Origin: Chiloscyllium plagiosum
Lineage: Eukaryota
Direction: 5' to 3'
NCBI RefSeq assembly: GCF_004010195.1
Contig: NC_057725.1
Location: forward strand, 39,931,652 to 39,995,651
DNA: 64,000 nt
Part shown: positions 14,523 to 25,700 of the stretch, one piece after another
How positions within the stretch are numbered: position 1 is the first letter of the stretch
Layout: each line of letters starts with the position of its first letter
Notes under the pieces: model-generated
The model's input: the letters and a program-made list of their open reading frames with translations, nothing else
Databases searched by the model: none
Told to the model about the DNA's origin: nothing
Position numbers and translations under genes: made by a program

Positions 14523-14747
14523 TGTTATGGTTCTGTTTGCCGAGCTGGGAATTTGTGTTGCAGACGTTTCGTTCCCTGTCTAGGTGATATCCTCAGTGCT
14601 TGGGAACCTCCTGTGAAGCGCTTCTGTATTGTTTCCTCCGGCATTTATAGTGGTTTGTCTCTGCCGCTTCCGGTTGTCAGTTCCAGCTGTCCGCTGCAGT
14701 GGTCGGTATATTGGGTCCAGGTCGATGTGTTTGTTGATTAAATCTGT
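14523..14747 (-). mobile_element. PLE 3' end / pLTR, same family as 43170-44905
   Basis: Closely similar to 43245-43470 and contains a hammerhead motif. Confidence 0.9.
14560..14599 (-). ncRNA. Minimal type I hammerhead ribozyme motif (core intact, stem II weakened)
   Basis: Minus strand reads GCA-CUGAGGA-U-AUCACC-UAGACA-GGGAAC-GAAAC-GUC-UGC. Confidence 0.7.
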
Positions 14748-16061
14748 GTGTAGGGTGTTAATTCAGTCTGTTATGCATATTTACCAAGTGCTAATTCTTG
14801 AATATTAAGATTAAGTTGTATGTAAATTGTATTATTGTTCTAAAGTTATACAGTGGCGTTTGTTGTTGTTTATTCAAAACCATGAAAACCTGTGCCTCTA
14901 TTCACTAAGTCCCCTGGATCTTTCACTTTATTTGTTTTTAAAAAAAATGGTACTGGTCCCAAGCCAGTTCACTATATCAATATGGCATTCTGGTCTATGA
15001 TCATAATGATTTTTTAATCTAATAAAAATCAATTCTGTAGCTGTATTTTGTAGATCTGAGAAATTACGAATATATATTGTACTGTACAAATGTGATGGAC
15101 TGATAATATTTTCGCTTCTCTCAATATTTCCACCTACTCATGAAGGTGATTTCTGCTCCTCTTTCTTCAACCACCCCCATATCCAACCCACCCCACCATA
15201 TAAAAACCTCAGATGTTGGTGAGGTCATAAATTTCCAACTAGCAAATACACCTTGTAAACCTGGACCAAATCTCCTTTCTACTTAAACTATTTAGCTACA
15301 TGTTGATATTGACCTTGAATAAATTTAATACTGATTTACAACGATTCTCATGCATATAGTCAAGGAATGATTTATGTCTGAGACTAATGAATCATCCAAA
15401 GTAAATGTGTTTCTGTTGTGTTTTGGCACTTGGAGTTTAGACTGCTCAGCATATCCACTCAGTATGAGAAAATGTGAATTTGCATTTCCTTTTTCTTCTC
15501 TTTGAACATGAGGGTCAAACAAACAGCCACAAACAACAGCTTTGTTTTATATGGTAATACCTCACTAATGTCAGTGCTGCAGCAGAAGGCAAGAAATTTT
15601 GCTGACCTTCTATGTTGGCAAAAAAGTGAGAATGAGAAATTTTTGAAGATAATACAAATATGGAATTGTATAAATCTGCTGCAATTGTTAATGCCTACTT
15701 GCTCTTTCTAAAACAAAAGACTTTCATATTGATTTGTTAGATTATTTTGTGAACTCTCAATTAAATAACATGCAAACTTGTTTAATGATATTGCACTGGA
15801 GACTGAAATAACAATATTATGCATTTTTGTGGCATGATAAAATAACAGCTTGGTGTAGCACAGAAGGCCATTCAGTCTATTCAGTTTATGTCGGCTATTT
15901 GAAACAGCAGTCCTTCATTCCCACTTGCCCCATTATTTCCCTGCAATCTTTCTCATAAATGTGAAATTACTAGTTTTAGACTTAACTGTATGTTTTTTGT
16001 ATGTTCAATGAGATAGTCCCTAATTTGAAATGTATTGCTGTGTCCTATTTTGCTTTATAAG

Positions 16062-16216
16062 TTACCTCTGGAGATGAAATCCTTAAAGGACAACCAATTA
16101 CCTATGTAACCGGAGTTGAAGAAGACAATGGATTATCTGGACAAGTTACTACAGTTGCTCAAGCAGACGTAGGTCAACATATGGCCCTTATTGCCCAAGA
16201 TGGTACACAGCAACAG
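16062..16216 (+). CDS. ZNF143: ZNF143 C-terminal domain exon
   Basis: ttataag|TT...CAACAG|gtaaga, 155 bp, phase 1-0. Encodes (V)TSGDEILKGQPITYVTGVEEDNGLSGQVTTVAQADVGQHMALIAQDGTQQQ. Confidence 0.93.
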
Positions 16217-16306
16217 GTAAGAAAAAAAACTAAACTCAAATTCCTGTCTTGGCTAGCCTTGTAGAGTCCAGTTTTAATTTGTTTTTGTTTGCTTATTCTT
16301 CTCTTG

Positions 16307-16530
16307 GGGAGTCAGTCAGCTCAGTTGGCTGGCCAGCTGGTTTGTGATGCAGAGTGACACCAGCAGCATGGATTCATTTCCCACACTAGCTGAGGTTATC
16401 ATGAAGGCTGTTCCTTTTCGACCCTTCCCTTTACCTGAAGCATGATGACCCTCGGGTTAAAATATCACCAATTGTTTCTGTCTAATAAGGGAGCAGCGCC
16501 ATCATCTTCTGGAACTATGGTGACTTTACT
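16307..16530 (+). mobile_element. Older tRNA-derived SINE
   Basis: A-box-like agctcagttgg, decayed B box ggattcatttcc, and 3' end ctatggtgactttact. Confidence 0.6.
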
Positions 16531-17189
16531 CTTCTCCTTTCTGTCTGTTTCTTTATCCAATTTGTTTATTGCAGCTGCTGTATTTTTGCCATGATACCAA
16601 ATAATTTTTTATAAGTCCAGCTAGGCATTATTGAACAAATCAGATCCCTGAATGAAGACTGACTCAATATATTTCTTCTTTAGTTAATTAATATGATTAA
16701 CATTGAGATGAATTCACAAGAGGATGGAAGTTTTCTGCAACAGCAGGTATTTATGGTACACAATAAGGTATTTTAAAAGTTTATCTAAATATGTGGAATC
16801 TAAAACTAAGCAAAGCAAAGATTCAATCTGTTCCTCAACATTAGCTCTACGGAGACGCCTGTCTCGAGAGGTGCCATCCCCATTCATCCCTTTACAATTC
16901 TATGTAACTAATTCCTTTCAGTATTTTTTTCATCTGGATTGAGGAGACAGTCTGATGAATTTGCTGACATCTTTTTCTCACAAATCTGAAAACTTTAACT
17001 TTCTCACTTCTAATAACCTGCAGATTTCTAAACAAACTTCTTCTAAGAGAAAAACAAAACTCGCTTCTAAACTCAAACTGACGTCTTCTGAAATGAATTT
17101 AGAAAAATCTCGGCCATCCTAGATACGTCTGAGCTGAAAACAAAGCCTATGTGTTTATGCTGCTTGCCCATAAGCCAACCATATGAATA

Positions 17190-18872
17190 TCTAGATGTAT
17201 GTTTGCTCGCTGAGCTGGAAGATTTGTTTTCAAATGTTATGTCACCATACTAGGTAACAACATAAGTGAGCTTCCAGTGAAGTACTGGTATTATGACCCT
17301 CTTTCTATTTATGTTTTTAGGTTTCCTTGGGTTGGTGATGTATTTCCTGTTCTTTTTCTCAGAGGGTGGTAAATGGGATCCAAGTCAATGTGTTTGTTGG
17401 TAGAGTTCCGGTTAGAATGTCATGCTTCAAGGAATTCTCGTGTGTGTGTGTCTCTGTTTTGCTTGTCCTAGGATGGATGTGTAGTCCCAGTCAAAGTGGT
17501 GTCTTTCCTCATCTGTATGTAAGGATACTAGTCAGAGTGGGTCTTTTTGTAGCTATTTGATGTTCATGTATCCTGGTGGTATTTTGTAAATGACATTAGT
17601 TTTGTTTGTTGTCTGTATAGGATCTTTCAAGTTCATTAGTTGCTGTTTTAGTGGGTTGGTGGGCTACTATGATGCATAATAGAGATCTGAGTAGTTTGGC
17701 AGTCATTTCTGAGATGCCTTTGATATAGGGGAGAGTGGCTAGGGTTTCTGGATGCACTTTGTCTGCTTGTTTGGGTTTGTTGCTGAGAAATCAGCAGACT
17801 ATGTTTATTGGGTACCTGTTCTTTTTGAATACACTGTGTACGTGATTTTCCTCTGCTCCTTCGTACCTCCTCTGTGCTGCAATGTGTGGTGGCTCATTGA
17901 AATAATGTTTTAATGCAGCTTCGTTTATGGGCGTTGGAATGATTGCTTCTGTGGTTCAGTGTTTGGTCCGTATGTGTTGTTTTCCTCGATGTTGGTTTGA
18001 AGTTCCCCATTGACTGTTTGCTTTACTGTGACATCTAGGAATTGCAGTTTATTGTTGCTTTCCTCCTCTTTTGTGAATTCTATGCCAGTAAGGATATTAC
18101 TGATGGTCTTGAAGGTTTCCTCTAATTTGTTTTGGTTAATGATGACAAAGGTGTCATCCATGTAGCGGATCCAAAGTTTGGGTTGGATGGCTGGCAGAGC
18201 TGTTTGTTCGAGTCTCTGTGTTACCCAATGGACACAGTCTGCCGATTTCTCAGCAACAAATCCAAACAAGCAGACTAAACACATCCAGAAACCCTAGCTA
18301 CTCTCCCCTATGTCAAAGACATCTCAGAAATGACTGTCAGACTACTCAGATCTCTTGGCATCATGGTAGCTCACAAACCCACCAGCAAAACAAATCTCAT
18401 TTACAAAATACCTTGCAAGAACTGTGACAAACAGGCAGAAAACTAGTCACGAGGATACATGAACATCAACTAGCCACAAAAAGACATGACCAACTCTGAC
18501 TAATGTCCTTACATACAGATGAGGAAGGACACCACTTCGACTGGGACAACATATCCATCTTAGGACAAGCCAAACAGAGACACATGAGAATTCCAAGAAA
18601 AGTGGCATTCCGACCAGAACTGTATCAACAAACACTTTGACTTGGACCCTATTTACCAACCTATGTGAAAAAGAACAGGAAATGACATCACCAACCCAAG
18701 GAAACCTAAAAACATAAATAGAAAGCAAGTCATAACACCAGTACTTCACCAGAAGCCCACTGGTGATGTTACCTAGTATGGTGACGAAACGTCTGAAAAT
18801 GACGTCTTCCAGATCAGTGAGCAAACTTCCATCGAGAACCTTAACCTGAGCTACAACTCTTCTCAAAACTCA
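17190..18872. mobile_element. PLE with inverted partial duplication
   Basis: The minus strand encodes the RT C-terminus (QPKLWIRYMDDTFVI...FLDVTV) and a decayed GIY-YIG region. 18222-18870 is a + strand copy of ~17190-17815. Confidence 0.9.
18758..18795 (+). ncRNA. Hammerhead ribozyme motif with a core substitution (CUGGUGA)
   Basis: CA-CUGGUGA-U-GUUACC-UAGUAU-GGUGAC-GAAAC-GUC-UG, with a 6-bp stem II. Confidence 0.7.
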
Positions 18873-19269
18873 CTAATATTCATATCTTTCCATTAATGCC
18901 ACAGGATCCAGACTCAACTGCGCTCTGACAAAATGTTGGATTTAACTCACAGAAGTAACTAAAATGCAGCAGAATATATTTTGAAATCAGATTCCAAAAA
19001 AATGTATAAATTATATGCTATTCATCACAAAGTAAATTTTAAAAAAAATTATATTAAAATAGGCCAAATATCAATATTAGTTGCTCGGAATGACAAGAAT
19101 ACCTGAGTGTCAGCAGTATCTTTCAGTCAAGTTTACATACAGAGCATTGGCAAATAATTATGTAGAATTGAACAGTTTTTTTTCATTTGGCCCAAGTTCA
19201 GTGGACCAGCAAGAATGGAGAAAATATATTTTTAGATTGACAAACAACTTTTGCTACTTTATTTGCAGA

Positions 19270-20115
19270 TTGTTTAAAAACTAGGAGCTGGAGCAAACCA
19301 ATTGGCTCTTGCAGCTTACTCTAGCAATCAATGAGATCATGGCTGCTGGATTTTAGCCTTAATTTCATTTTCATGTCTGCTCCCTATAACCTTTGACTTC
19401 CTTGACAATGAAAAGTCTGTCAAACTCAATATAGACCATACTTAATGATTTAGCCTCCATGATGTCAGTGGAAGAGAATTCCAAAGATGGAGATCTTTTA
19501 AGAGAAAAATTTCTTCATTTTAAATGAGATATTCCTCATTTTAAAATTGTGTTGTTGTGATTTTGTTCATTTACTTTTTTCATGGCATTTGGGCATTGCT
19601 GGCAAGCTAGCATTTGTTGCATATCCTAGTTGCCCATGGCAAGCTTGTGATAATAAACTACAGTTGCACTCCATGTGGTACAGATGCATCCATGGTGCTC
19701 CAGTTTAGAACAACTGAAGCGCTTGCTCGGCTATTTCAGAGGGCAGTTAAGCATAAATCATGTGTGTGTCTGGAGTCACGTGTAGGCTGAAAGATCATAC
19801 GATATAGGAGCAAAATTAGGCTATTTGCCCTTTTGAGTCTGCTTTGCCATTCTCATGGCTGATGGTTTTTTAACCCCATCTTCCTTTTTTCCCCATAATC
19901 CTTGATCCCCTTCACTTAGGCTATGTCCTTGGGTCCTAGTCTCTCCTGCTAGAGGAAGGATCTTCTCTATGTCTACTCTGTCCAGGCCTTTCAGTATTCT
20001 GTAAGTTCTAATGAGATACCATCCCCAACCTCCTAAACTCGATTGAGTTTAGACTGAATCCTCAAAAGCCTTCATTCCTGGGATCATTCCTATAAACTGC
20101 TGCTGGACCCCTTTC
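19270..20115 (-). mobile_element. Cluster of old CR1 3' ends and a SINE tail fragment
   Basis: Two reverse-complemented CR1 tails (ggagctggagcaaaccaattggctc...; gatataggagcaaaattaggctatttgccc...). Confidence 0.55.
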
Positions 20116-20589
20116 CTTGCCCCACACCTCCATTGTACACAAGAAATCTTGAATTTGAAAAGTAAGGTGATATTGCTAATTTCATACCTATATCATTTAT
20201 ATTAGACTGCATGCAGCTCCATATCAAGTTAGCCAGGTTCCTTAAAACACTTGGTCAAGGACAGATTATTGACAAAAAAGGATTTAAATTTGCAAATACA
20301 TCCAACTTCCATTTTAAATGTAACAAAACCCTTGCCACACCTGTGTCTCTCCACATTCGAACCCCCCCCCCCAACATGCACCTCTGCTCCACACACAACT
20401 GCCTTGTTGCATGCTGACCCCCCACCACACACACCTCATCCCTAATGCACCTCTCCCTGCAAATGTTGTTTCCCCCACGTACAGCCCTCTCTGACACATG
20501 CTTCTCTCCTCAGCATGCGTGTGCACACACATCCATCCACACAGACCTCTACGCACACACTGGCACTCCTCCAGCCACAGAAGAGCATA

Positions 20590-20660
20590 CTGAAGAAGGG
20601 TCACTAGACCTGGAACGTTAACTCTCTTTCCTCAGATACTGCCAGATCTGCTGAGGTTTT
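20590..20660 (+). mobile_element. PLE pLTR fragment with hammerhead motif (GAAAC mutated to GGAAC)
   Basis: CTGAAGA-A-GGGTC-ACTA-GACCT-GGAAC-GTT followed by cagatactgccagatctgctgag. Confidence 0.7.
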
Positions 20661-21210
20661 ACAGCTTGTGCACAGACACATCTGTACAGTTCTACACACA
20701 TCTCCATGCATGCAAAAACGTATGTTTCCACACAGGCACATATCTGCAAGCCTGGAGAAAGTATTAAACTGTGGAATGTTATCCTAAAGTACTTTGGCCA
20801 AGTAATAGTTATATTCAGAAAAAAAAGCAACATTTGCAGATTACACAAAATACTGTTCTGCAACCCAAGTCACTTTCCACAAATGCAGTTGGCACTGTGG
20901 TTTATTTTTGGATTATTAATGACTATTTGATTCTTTTTGTTTTGGTAATAGTGGTATAGATTGAGACTTTTAAGAACCATGCCCATGTGGTGATTAGGCC
21001 TTCTGGGGCATTTTCAAATCTCAAACTTTGAGAGAAATTTCACGGACAGAGGTTGTTGCCTCTGTGGTAAATTATTTCTCACTGTCTGTGCTCAGATACA
21101 AGGTGCTTTACGACCTCAAAATGAGTCATGTGACCTTTTCCTGAAAGTGTTGCAGACCCATGACTCCAAGCATTTTAGGTATTTTGTAAATGCAGCATCT
21201 TTGCTGCTAT

Positions 21211-21627
21211 GGTCTCCCTCACCACCCGACGCCTGGAGGAAGAACGCCTCATCTTCCGCCTCGGAACACTTCAACCCCAGGGCATCAATGTGAACTTCGC
21301 CAGTTTCTTCATTTCCCCTTCCCCCACCTCACCCCAGTTCCAAACTTCCAGCTCAGCACTGTCCCCATGACTTGTCCTACCTGCCTATCTTCTTTTCCAC
21401 CTATCCACTCCAACCTCCTCCCTGACCTATCACCTTCATCCCCTCCCCCACTCACCTATTGTACTCAATGCTACTTTCTCCCACCCCCACCCTCCTCTCA
21501 TTTATCTCTCCACTCTTCAGGCACTCTGCCTGTATTCCTGATGAAGGGCTTTTGCCCGAAACATTGATTTTACTGCTCCTCGAATGCTGCCTGAACTGCT
21601 GTGCTTTTCCAGCCCCACTAATCCAGA
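21211..21627 (+). mobile_element. PLE 3' fragment (GIY-YIG end plus pLTR)
   Basis: Encodes RRLEEERLIFRLGTLQPQGINVNF, a typical PLE endonuclease end. 14-bp TSD atctttgctgctat at 21197-21210 and 21628-21641. Confidence 0.9.
21538..21565 (+). ncRNA. Hammerhead ribozyme motif with decayed cleavage triplet
   Basis: CUGAUGA-A-GGGC-UUUU-GCCC-GAAAC-AUU. The sibling copy at 27181-27204 has GAAAC-GUC. Confidence 0.75.
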
Positions 21628-21829
21628 ATCTTTGCTGCTATAACAAGTGTTCTTTGCTTTGAAAAGTTTCTTTTCAATAAGTTCTGTAATATATATATAT
21701 ATATATATCCAGCTAATAATTTTATAAATTAATAAGTTAGATAACACATAGTCAGAACACTACATTCCCAGAATATTAGCCTTGGAATTCTGGATTACTA
21801 GTGCAGTGACATTATCGTTAAACCACCTT

Positions 21830-22525
21830 CTCCCCATCTCTTCTAAATGAAGAGGGTAAAGCTACACAGTACTGTTGGTCTCACCGATGCCTGTACACTT
21901 GGAATAACATTTCAGTGCTTTTATACTGCATTACTTTTGCGATAAAGACCAACATTCCATTTGCCTCCTTAATTACTATGTCTGCATACTCAGATTTCTC
22001 TTCATGGCAGCATCTTGCATTGTCCTTTTATTTAAATGATAGTTTGTCTTCTCTTCCTGCCAAAGTACCAACTACACATTTCCAATATTATACTCCGTCT
22101 GCAATGATCTTCCCCTGTCACTTAACCCTATCTGTGTCTCTTTACAGTCTCTTTGTACCATCTTTACAACTTACCTATCTTTGAATTGTTGCCAAACCTT
22201 TTTGACAAATGTTATTAACATTGTAAATAGTTGAGGTCCAGCAATCAGTCCTGCATCATTGCATTTGTGAGAGTTTGCCAACCTGAAAATTGCCCATTTA
22301 TCTCAGAGCTCCATTTTTTGTTAGCGGAACTTTTATCCATTAATGATGATGATAATATTATCATCTCATCGCTATGGCCTCTTATTATCTGCAGTATCCT
22401 TTAATTTGGCACCATACTCAATGTTTTTTTGGAAATCTAAAAACACAACATATATTGGTAGTCCATGATCCACCCTGCATGTTACATCCTTAAAGACTTT
22501 TGTCAAACATGATGTTTCTTTCACC
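21830..22525 (-). mobile_element. Old CR1 LINE fragment
   Basis: The minus-strand ORF remnant reads KETSCLTKVFKDVTCRVDHGLPIYVVFLDFQK, i.e. CR1 RT. Confidence 0.7.
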
Positions 22526-22760
22526 ATGCGGATTTCAGTTGACTGGTTATAACAGCTGCGAGCTGGGGGGATGAAGCAGGCAGATGTGAGGGGCAAAGAG
22601 AAAGAGACCACAAGGAATGAAAAAGAGCAAGGAGACTGTGTAAGAAGGAGGAGAAGATGGAGGCTGCTCTCTGAATCTTTTCGAAAGCAACATCCAAGTA
22701 ATTGGAAGCCATGAAAACTCGAAATCACTGATATAATAAATTCTTTAAAAGTGAATGTGG

Positions 22761-25700
22761 GGGATCCAAGATGGCGGCGATCTAGGAGGATCGTGTTGCA
22801 GAGCTCTGCACTGCAGCACAAGTGGGACAGACCTCTAACCCCACCCAACCTGGACCATTGCGATATCCTGGGACTCTGGAAAGGTCGTGGAGTCCCAGGA
22901 AACTGCGAAAAATCAACTTACCTGTGTTTTCGCCGCCCAGAAATGCCGAAGGAGGAGGAGGAGAATCTGAGGCCGGGCCCACGGCCCAGCCTGCAAGATC
23001 CTCACACTCAATTACCTACCAGGTCCTGGTGAAGGAGCTTGTGAAATCTCGTGAGATATTGGGAAAGCAGATAGAGGAAAAGCTGGCCCCCAATCTCTAT
23101 CATGCTGGAGAAGCATGAACAGCAGCTGGGACACCTGGGAAAAGGGACAGATGAAGTTGAACACAGAGTCACAGTGGTGGAAGCTGGTACCAGTTCCTCC
23201 AGGGATAAGATCCAAGCCCTTGAGACGCAGGTCCATAATCTGCGTGACCAAATGGATGATCTTGAGAATAGGGGCAGGAGAAAAAATATTCTGATCATTG
23301 GTCTGCCAGAAGATAAGGAAGGTGAGTGGCCAGTGGAATTTATTGAGGTCTGGTTGCCGAAATTCCTTAACTTTTGAGCCTGGAAAGAGAGGCTTAAAAG
23401 TCGAGAGAGCTCACCGGGTCACGGTGCAGAGATCGGTCTGGGTCAACATCCTTGTCCTCTCCTGGTGCAGTTTCATCATTATAGAGATAAGGAAAGAATC
23501 GTGGCAGCTTCTGGATTCTAGGGGCAGGGTCCGAAGGCCCTAATGTATGAGGGCTCTAAGATCATGTTCTTCCAGGACTTCTCAGCAGTGGTGATCCAGA
23601 AAAAAAAACCTATGACTGTGTTAAGAGAAAACTGAGGGAGCTTGGGATCCTGTACTCTCTGAGGTATCTGGTAGTGCTTCGGTTCACCTTAGTTGGATCC
23701 GTACATCTCTTTGATGTGTCGAAGAAGGCAAGAGGCTTTGTGGACAAATTAACCTAATCTGAACAATTTAGTATGTACAAATAGTGTTAGTTGGGTATGT
23801 CTCTATTAAAAAAAGAGAGGAGGTCCGGTTGGGGCTTTCTTTTCCTTTTTTTTAATTGGTAAAAATATGTTTTAAGCTATGTTTGGTGGTGGTTGAGATA
23901 TATACTCTCAATTTCTAAGTTAAGTTAGAGGAAAGGCTGGGTAGGGTATTTACCCCTTTTTTCTTTAAAAAAATGTCTTTATTCACATTGCTGTTTCATG
24001 GTGTACTTTCTTTCTTTGCTGTTTGTGTTTGCGGTGCGGCTCGAGCTAGGAGGAGGGAAAATGGTTGGGATGGCTAGATGCCTACTTATGGGCAGTTTAT
24101 GCCTGGTTCAGGTATATATATATATATATGTCTGGGCTATAGTCTTGGCAGTGGGATGGGAAATTGGCTTTTGGGATGGGTAGTTGCTACTTTGGGCAGG
24201 GGGTGAGTTCCCCTATTCGGCCGTTGGCGCTTGAAATATCGGTTTGTTTTTTGGTTTTCATTGTATATAATCTTTGATAGCTTTGTAGGTTTGTTAACTA
24301 TAATAGTTTTGGTTTATGTAATTTATGTGATCGATGGATCTTCCAACATTAAGGCTCGGCAGTTTGTGGTTCGAATTCCTCCTGTCTGGAATCTAAATGT
24401 TACTGCAAAAGGTTATGACTTATAACTTGATCAAATGGTGTACCTGGAATGTCAAGAGGAGTCACTCACCAATTAAAAGGAAGGAGGTACTTTTGAGTCT
24501 TAGAAAGGAGAAGGTGGATATTGGTTTGTTACAGGAGACACACTTGGACGACAGGGAGCATTTGAAACTACAGCAGAATGGCTTTGATCGGATTTACTTT
24601 TCATCTTTTAATACCAAAAGTAGGGGAGTGGCTATACTGGTTAGGAGGAATCTCCCATTTTAGTTACAAGAGTGTGTTAAAGACACACACACGGGTGATT
24701 TCTAATTCTCAAAGCCCTGATAAACTGGGAAGAATATGGTGTTTTAAATGTTTATTGCCCTCCGGCTGGTAGATGTGTTCTCTAAACTGATCAATCTCAA
24801 GTCCCAGATGGATCCCAGAAGCCCTCCAATACCCTCTGTACAAATTGAACAATTAGTGGGTCTGTATGTGGAGTTAGGTTGGTGGACGTTTGGAAGTGTC
24901 TGCACCCTATAGGCAGGGATTTTATGTTTTTTTTCAATCCACACAGATGTCACACCAGGATTGTTTTTTTTTCCTGACCCCCTTGGCATCCCTGGACTTG
25001 GTGGTACCTGGTACGATTGGTAATATTACCATCTCCGATCACGCTCCAGTGAATCTGTTGGTTAAGATTAAGGACGTTACATGGGTTCAAGGCACTGGCG
25101 AATGGATGCCATTATCCTCAAGGATAATAAGTTTGTGGACTACTCTCTGGAAGTTCCTAGGCATCAACTCAGGCTTGGTTAGTAGCCCATCTGCCCTTTG
25201 GGAAATTGCCAAAGCCTATGCCGGGGGTTAGTTATTTCGTATTCTGCCAGTAGGAAGCAGCAGAAGGGTGAGCAGCAATGTCTCCTCGAAGCACCGTTGA
25301 AGGCAGCCGAGAAGGCATACTTTGACAGGCCCTCATTGGTCAAGCTACAGAGGGTTATGGCGCTGTGGTCTCTATTGAATTCCATGCTCAGCAAAGAAGG
25401 AGCTTACTTTTACAAAGCAAAGGTCATATGAGCATGGTGACAGGCCAGGCAAGTATCTAGCATATCTTGACAGGAAAAGAAGTGCCCCTCAAGCCATTAC
25501 GGCAATTAGGGAACAGTCTGGGAACCTAACATGTGACTCCAAAAATATTAATATGGCATTCCAGAGATTTTACTCTAAGTCATACCAATCTGAGTGTTGT
25601 GAGGAGGGGAGGGCCAAATTGAAAGGATCTGGGGCTCCCGGGTGTGACTCCCTAATAGGAGTCCTTTCTCAATGCCCTCTTATCAGAGCAAGAGATGCAG

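Noticed and set aside
20300-20760. CA/C-rich region with several overlapping ORFs
   Set aside because: Low-complexity sequence associated with PLE 3' regions; the ORFs reflect composition only.
21759-21774. ACTACATTCCCAGAAT resembling a ZNF143/Staf binding site (autoregulation)
   Set aside because: The spacer is one base short of ACTAYRnnnCCCR, and the TCCCAGAA part runs into a reverse-complemented SINE head fragment (agccttggaattctggattactagt).
22540-22760. Purine-rich stretch with short ORFs upstream of the L1; possible exon or older ORF1 remnant
   Set aside because: No recognisable protein motif or convincing splice sites, and the ZNF143 exon chain is already in frame without it.
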